DNA from: an uncultured Spirochaetota bacterium
GTDB lineage: Bacteria > Spirochaetota > Spirochaetia > SZUA-6 > Fen-1364
Reading direction: 5' to 3'
DNA: 64,000 bases
Assembly: GCA_963745235.1 (NCBI GenBank)
Contig: CAVUXE010000010.1
Coordinates: forward strand, 32,001 to 96,000
A program made the position numbers and the translations under genes. Below, piece after piece: positions 59,672 through 64,000 of this stretch (positions are counted from its first letter, which is position 1; each line of letters opens with the position of its first letter). The notes below the pieces were generated by a model. It was not told the DNA's origin. It made no database searches and saw only the letters and a program-made list of their open reading frames with translations.

Positions 59672-61625
59672 CTATCCTGCCCTGTAGGTTCCCAGCACGC
59701 GCAGGTCCTCGGTGACCGGCTTCAGCTCAGCCATGCACTTTCCGAGCACTCCCGGGTCTGACGGCAGGTCCACGTCGATGTAGAAGAGGTACTGCCACGG
59801 CTTTCCGAGGATGGGGCGGGACTCGAGCTTCTTCATGTTGAGGCCCTGGTCGGCGAGCACCTGGAGAGCGCGGAAGAGGGCGCCGGGCTGGTCTGCAACG
59901 GAGAAGCAGAAGGATGCTTTTCCCTTTTCCCGCGGTCCCGGCGGGCCTTGCGTCTCAGTCTCTCGGGCAATCACGAAGAACCGGGTATAGTTCTGGACGT
60001 TGGTTTCCAGGCCCTGCCGGAGAACGGCAAGACCGTAGACTTCCGCGGCTTCCGCGCTCGCGATGGCAGCGTTGTCCCGTGAGCCTTTCTCCGCCACGAA
60101 TCGCACGGCTCCAGCGGTGTCGTAGAAGGCCACGCGCTCCCAGGCAGGGTGCTCGTCAAGAAACCTGCTGCACTGGGCAAGCCCCTGCGGATGGGAGTAC
60201 ACCCTGCGGATATTTTCGATCTTCGCGTCCGGCAGCCCGATGAGGTTGTGCTCGATGCGGATCTTCTGCTCCCCGACGATCCTGACATCGGGAAACTGCA
60301 GAAGAAGGTCGTAGTTCTGATGAATCGAGCCGGTCAGGGAGTTCTCGATGGGGATCATCCCGAACCCTGCCCTGCCCTCCAGGACGGCTTCGAAAACGTC
60401 GGGAAACTCAGGCACGGGAAGGGCCTTCACCTCGCCGGCAAACCAGTGGCGGATGGCTTTCTCACCGTACGCCCCCCGCTCCCCCTGGTAGGCCACAACC
60501 GCGCCGTCCGCGTGCGCAGCGGATCCGCCGGCATATCCAGCGCCTCTTCCGATTTCCACGGCGCGTTCCCCGGCTGCCCTCGCGGGCGGCTCGGGCAGTC
60601 GCGCCAGCTCCTTGCCGAGCACGGGAGCCATGGCCTCGATGTCCCGCATCAGCTTCTCGAACTGCTCCGGGTACAGGGACTGCGGGACCGTCGGAAAGGG
60701 CCTTCTCAGGATCGATGTGGACTTCCACGGTGATCCCGTCCGCCCCGGCGGCTACCGCGGCCAGGGCCATGGGGCTCACCTTGGCCCGAATCCCCGTGCC
60801 ATGGCTCGGGTCGACGATGATGGGAAGGTGGCTCAGCTTCTTCACCACGGGAATGGCGGAAAGGTCCAGGGTGTTCCGGGTGGATGTCTCGAAGGTGCGG
60901 ATGCCGCGCTCGCACAGGATGACGTCATCCGTGCCCGCGGCCAGCAGGTACTCCGCGGACATGAGCAGGTCCTGGATGGTGGCGGCAAGTCCCCGCTTGA
61001 GGAGCACCGGCTTGCCCAGGCTGCCGACGCGCTTCAGCAGCTCGAAGTTCTGCATGTTGCGCGCGCCGATCTGGAGCACGTCCACGTAGTCGCGCATGAG
61101 ATCAGCGTACTCCGGGGAGACGATCTCCGAGACAACCGCCATGCCGTAGGCCTGGCCCGCTTCCTTGAGGTATTTCAGGCCCTCCTCACCGAGGCCCTGA
61201 AACGCGTAGGGGGATGTGCGGGGCTTCCATGCGCCGCCGCGGAAAAGGACCGCCCCGGATTCGCGCACGCGTTCGGCGCATTCCATTGTCTGCTGGCGGC
61301 TCTCCACGGCGCACGGTCCCGCAATCGCAATGATCCGCAGGCCTCCAATGCGAACGGTGCCCGCCGGGCCCCGGACCGAGATCACCGTGTCGTCCTTGCG
61401 GAACTCCCGGGAGGCGAGCTTGTAGGGGGAGGAGATGGGAATGACTCGCGCGACGCCGGGGAGCAGCTCTACCTCGCGGATGTCGATCCCCGAGATGCCG
61501 ACGGCTCCCAGGATCGTTTCCTCCTGGCCCACGATCTCACGGATCGTGTAACCGCGCGAGCTCAGGAACTCCCTGATGTGATTCTTATCCTGCTCCCGGA
61601 TGGTGCGCTCGAGAACGATGACCAT
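59672..61625 (-). CDS. aroF-pheA: Fused DAHP synthase (class I-beta) / prephenate dehydratase-ACT, frameshift near 60685
   Basis: AGPCAVES, RGGAWKPRTSPY, IGARNMQN, DPSHG. Removing one C joins SDGPQSL to YQGERGAYG, PIENS, SHPQGLAQC, NYTRF and ESRP. Confidence 0.88.
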
Positions 61626-61646
61626 GATGGATTTCCTTTGCGGCTG

Positions 61647-62705
61647 TCACCCCAGGCGGGGTGCTGCGACCGTCACCCGGTTTCGGCCCTTCTCCTTTGA
61701 CTGGTAGAGGGCCCGATCCGCCTCGCGGATGATCTCCGACGGGGCATACGCGGATTCGGGATCGAACTCGGTGACGCCCACCGAAATGGTGACATGCAGG
61801 GGCGGGCCGCCATTTGAGCTTGGAAACGCGAAGGTCTCGATCTTTCTTCGGATCCTCTCCGCCACGACCATGGCGCCCTTGATGTCGACCGCCGGAAGGA
61901 TGATGGCGAACTCTTCCCCTCCATAGCGCGCGGGGAAATCCACCTGGCGGATGGACCGGGTGAGCTGTCGGGCTATCTCGCGGATGATGCGGTCTCCCTG
62001 CAGGTGCCCGTAAACGTCGTTGAACTTCTTGAAGTGGTCGATGTCGAACATGAGGAGGCTGAACGTGGACTTGTAGCGGCGCGCGCGTTCCAGCTCCTCT
62101 TCAAGGGTCTTCTCGAAGAAATGGTGAGAGAAGAGCCCCGTCATCCGATCCGTGGTGGCCTGGCGAAAGAGGCTTGCATTCTCGATGGCAATGGAGGCAA
62201 AGCGCACGATGCGGGTGACATATTGCAGGTCTGAAAGGCCGTACGGTGTGCCGCGTCCGTTGCCCGGCAACAGCAGGATGCCGATGGAGCCCTTGTCCGT
62301 GCGCAGGGGCACGATCATGTCGACTCCCATCTCGGCAAACCGCTCCACGACGATCCTGTCCGGGAAGTTGTCGCGAAAATAGGAAAAGGGGATCTGGTTG
62401 TACTCGTCCTTGTCCAGGAACGCGAGGATGGGCAGGACGGAGGGCAGCTCGAGGGAGAGGTCCTCTCTCTTCACGCCGCGGTAGAAAATGACCAGCGGGG
62501 CGCTTTCCTCCATGTCCCCCGGAAGGAGAACGGTGACAGTCTCCATCTGGAACTTGGACACAAAGCTCCAGACCACGTTCTTGATGACGTTCTCGATGTC
62601 GAGCTGTGCAGTGATCTGGAAGGCGATCTCGATGATCTCCTTCAGATCCTGATTCTCCCTGTCGAGAGGCACTCCGTGAAGCTCGTCGACAAGTCCGTTG
62701 CTCAT
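61647..62705 (-). CDS. GAF-GGDEF diguanylate cyclase
   Basis: TDRMTGL, DIDHFKKFND.YGH, I-site RQVD, RYGGEEF. Confidence 0.92.
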   Translation of the reverse strand: MSNGLVDELHGVPLDRENQDLKEIIEIAFQITAQLDIENVIKNVVWSFVSKFQMETVTVLLPGDMEESAPLVIFYRGVKREDLSLELPSVLPILAFLDKDEYNQIPFSYFRDNFPDRIVVERFAEMGVDMIVPLRTDKGSIGILLLPGNGRGTPYGLSDLQYVTRIVRFASIAIENASLFRQATTDRMTGLFSHHFFEKTLEEELERARRYKSTFSLLMFDIDHFKKFNDVYGHLQGDRIIREIARQLTRSIRQVDFPARYGGEEFAIILPAVDIKGAMVVAERIRRKIETFAFPSSNGGPPLHVTISVGVTEFDPESAYAPSEIIREADRALYQSKEKGRNRVTVAAPRLG

Positions 62706-62714
62706 TAGGGCCAG

Positions 62715-62743
62715 AGTATACTCCAGCCGGGGTCCCTTGCCAA
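62715..62743 (-). promoter_or_regulatory. Putative sigma70 promoter, near-leaderless
   Basis: TTGGCA-N17-TATACT-N9-ATG. Confidence 0.6.
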
Positions 62744-62751
62744 GTTTTCCC

Positions 62752-62799
62752 GCCGGCGGGAGCCGGCGGAGCCAGCGGGAGCCGGCAGGGCCGGCGGAA
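62752..62799. repeat. Degenerate 9-10 bp tandem repeat, five units
   Basis: GCCGGCGGGA / GCCGGCGGA / GCCAGCGGGA / GCCGGCAGG / GCCGGCGGAA. Confidence 0.6.
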
Positions 62800-62806
62800 G
62801 ACTCCT

Positions 62807-64000
62807 TCAGGGAGCGGATTGCAGGCGCGGATCCATGGGATAGAAGACGAGACCCGAGACCGGCTTCGGATAGAAATATGTCGATTTGCGCGGCATGCGC
62901 TCGTCGTTCTCCGCGATGGCGAGCACGTCCCCGAGGGCCGTAGAGTTGAGCACCAGCGCCACCTGGATTTCCCCGGCGTGGACTTTCCCCAGCGCCTCGT
63001 CAATATCCTTCGTATAGGAGATGTTGGTCGCGAGGCTGAGCTGTTCCTCCGTGATCCCCAGGATCTGTTCCAGGATCAGGGTGTTGAGGATGTTCACGTC
63101 CAGGAGCTTCCACTGGGAGGAGAAATCCAGCCCGACCAACTCCTCATACGCCTCCTCGTCCCGCAGGGTGAGCAGGTAGTAGCCCACCGTGTTCTGGATG
63201 AAAGCGCCAATCTTGTGCTCCCCGGCCTCGACGCTCCGCAGGTCCCGCAGCCAGCGCCGGCGCACCTCGGGCTCGTCCCCGTCGCGAAAGGGGTACTTCT
63301 TCACATGGAAGTGCTCCAGGATGGACGCACCCAGCCGGTACAGGCTCTCCACCTGGATGCCGTGCAGCATGCGATGGGTCGGCAGGATGGTGAGCCCCTC
63401 GTGCTCGGAGTTCACCAGGAACATCATGATGTATTCCCAGGGAGCATCGGGGCCCGCATCCGGGAACCGTGCACGCATGCGGTCCCGGATTGTCAGCATG
63501 GTCTGGTAGCGATGGTGGCCGTCCGCGATGTAGATCTTCAAGCGCTTCATGGTGCGGTGGATGACTTCGCAGCTCTGCGCATCCGTGAGGCGCCACATGC
63601 GATGGCGCACCCCCGCGGACTGCTCGAGGAAGTCGATGATCGGCGCCTCCATTTCCTGCGCGTCGAGGATGTTGTCGATGATGTATGCCTTGTCCTGGTA
63701 GAGGCTCCAGATGTACTCGAACTGGGTGGCGGCGGTCTCCGTCAGCCTGATCCTGTCCTCCAGCGGTCCCTTGATCACCTTTTCATGGGGCAGGATCCGT
63801 CTTTCCTCGTAGTCGCGCAGCTTCACCGCGCCAATGAACCCGCGCACCCGCCGAGGCCCGGCATCCGGCAGGTCGAACTCCTGCTCGTACACCCAGAAGG
63901 AAGGCCGCGCGGTCAGGCGCAGGATGCCCTGCTCCCGCCACTGGGCAAGCAGGTCCCGGGCGCGGGTGTAGCGATTGTCCTTTTCGTTGTCGCTGGCGGC
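62807..64000 (-). CDS. DUF1015-family protein, 5' end outside the window
   Basis: ILPHE, YIADGHHRY, ILPTHR, MPRKSTYFYPK; the frame stays open to the window edge. Confidence 0.9.
   Translation of the reverse strand, partial: AASDNEKDNRYTRARDLLAQWREQGILRLTARPSFWVYEQEFDLPDAGPRRVRGFIGAVKLRDYEERRILPHEKVIKGPLEDRIRLTETAATQFEYIWSLYQDKAYIIDNILDAQEMEAPIIDFLEQSAGVRHRMWRLTDAQSCEVIHRTMKRLKIYIADGHHRYQTMLTIRDRMRARFPDAGPDAPWEYIMMFLVNSEHEGLTILPTHRMLHGIQVESLYRLGASILEHFHVKKYPFRDGDEPEVRRRWLRDLRSVEAGEHKIGAFIQNTVGYYLLTLRDEEAYEELVGLDFSSQWKLLDVNILNTLILEQILGITEEQLSLATNISYTKDIDEALGKVHAGEIQVALVLNSTALGDVLAIAENDERMPRKSTYFYPKPVSGLVFYPMDPRLQSAP

Overview
GC-rich bacterial chromosomal window, most likely from an anaerobic Spirochaetota (Spirochaetia). 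That taxonomy is an inference from the spirochete-type M23 peptidase, ComFB, GAF-GGDEF cyclase, DUF4416 and DAHP synthase-prephenate dehydratase fusion. The window holds a complete ISAzo13-family IS (inverted repeats plus TTA target duplication) and a gcvT-H-PA-PB operon under a tandem glycine riboswitch. A sigma54 locus pairs a Gly/Met-rich exported protein with a two-component system whose sensor has a similar Gly/Met-rich loop. Housekeeping genes include ribA, dapL, msrA, an acyl-CoA ligase, mtgA, RNA methyltransferases and leuS. There is a modABC-yqeC-yqeB / desulfurase-selD-DUF3343-yedF selenium-molybdenum cluster, and a ~13 kb signalling island (two PAS kinases, sigma54 activator, lone receiver, MCP, HD-GYP regulator, CheW, 7TM sensor) with two consensus sigma54 promoters. 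About 16 single-base frameshifts, one in essential leuS, look like long-read assembly errors rather than pseudogenes. Many genes have a -10 hexamer 7-9 nt before the start codon and no Shine-Dalgarno, suggesting leaderless mRNAs. No rRNA, tRNA or CRISPR array was seen. Family assignments come from motifs recognised by eye, not database searches.
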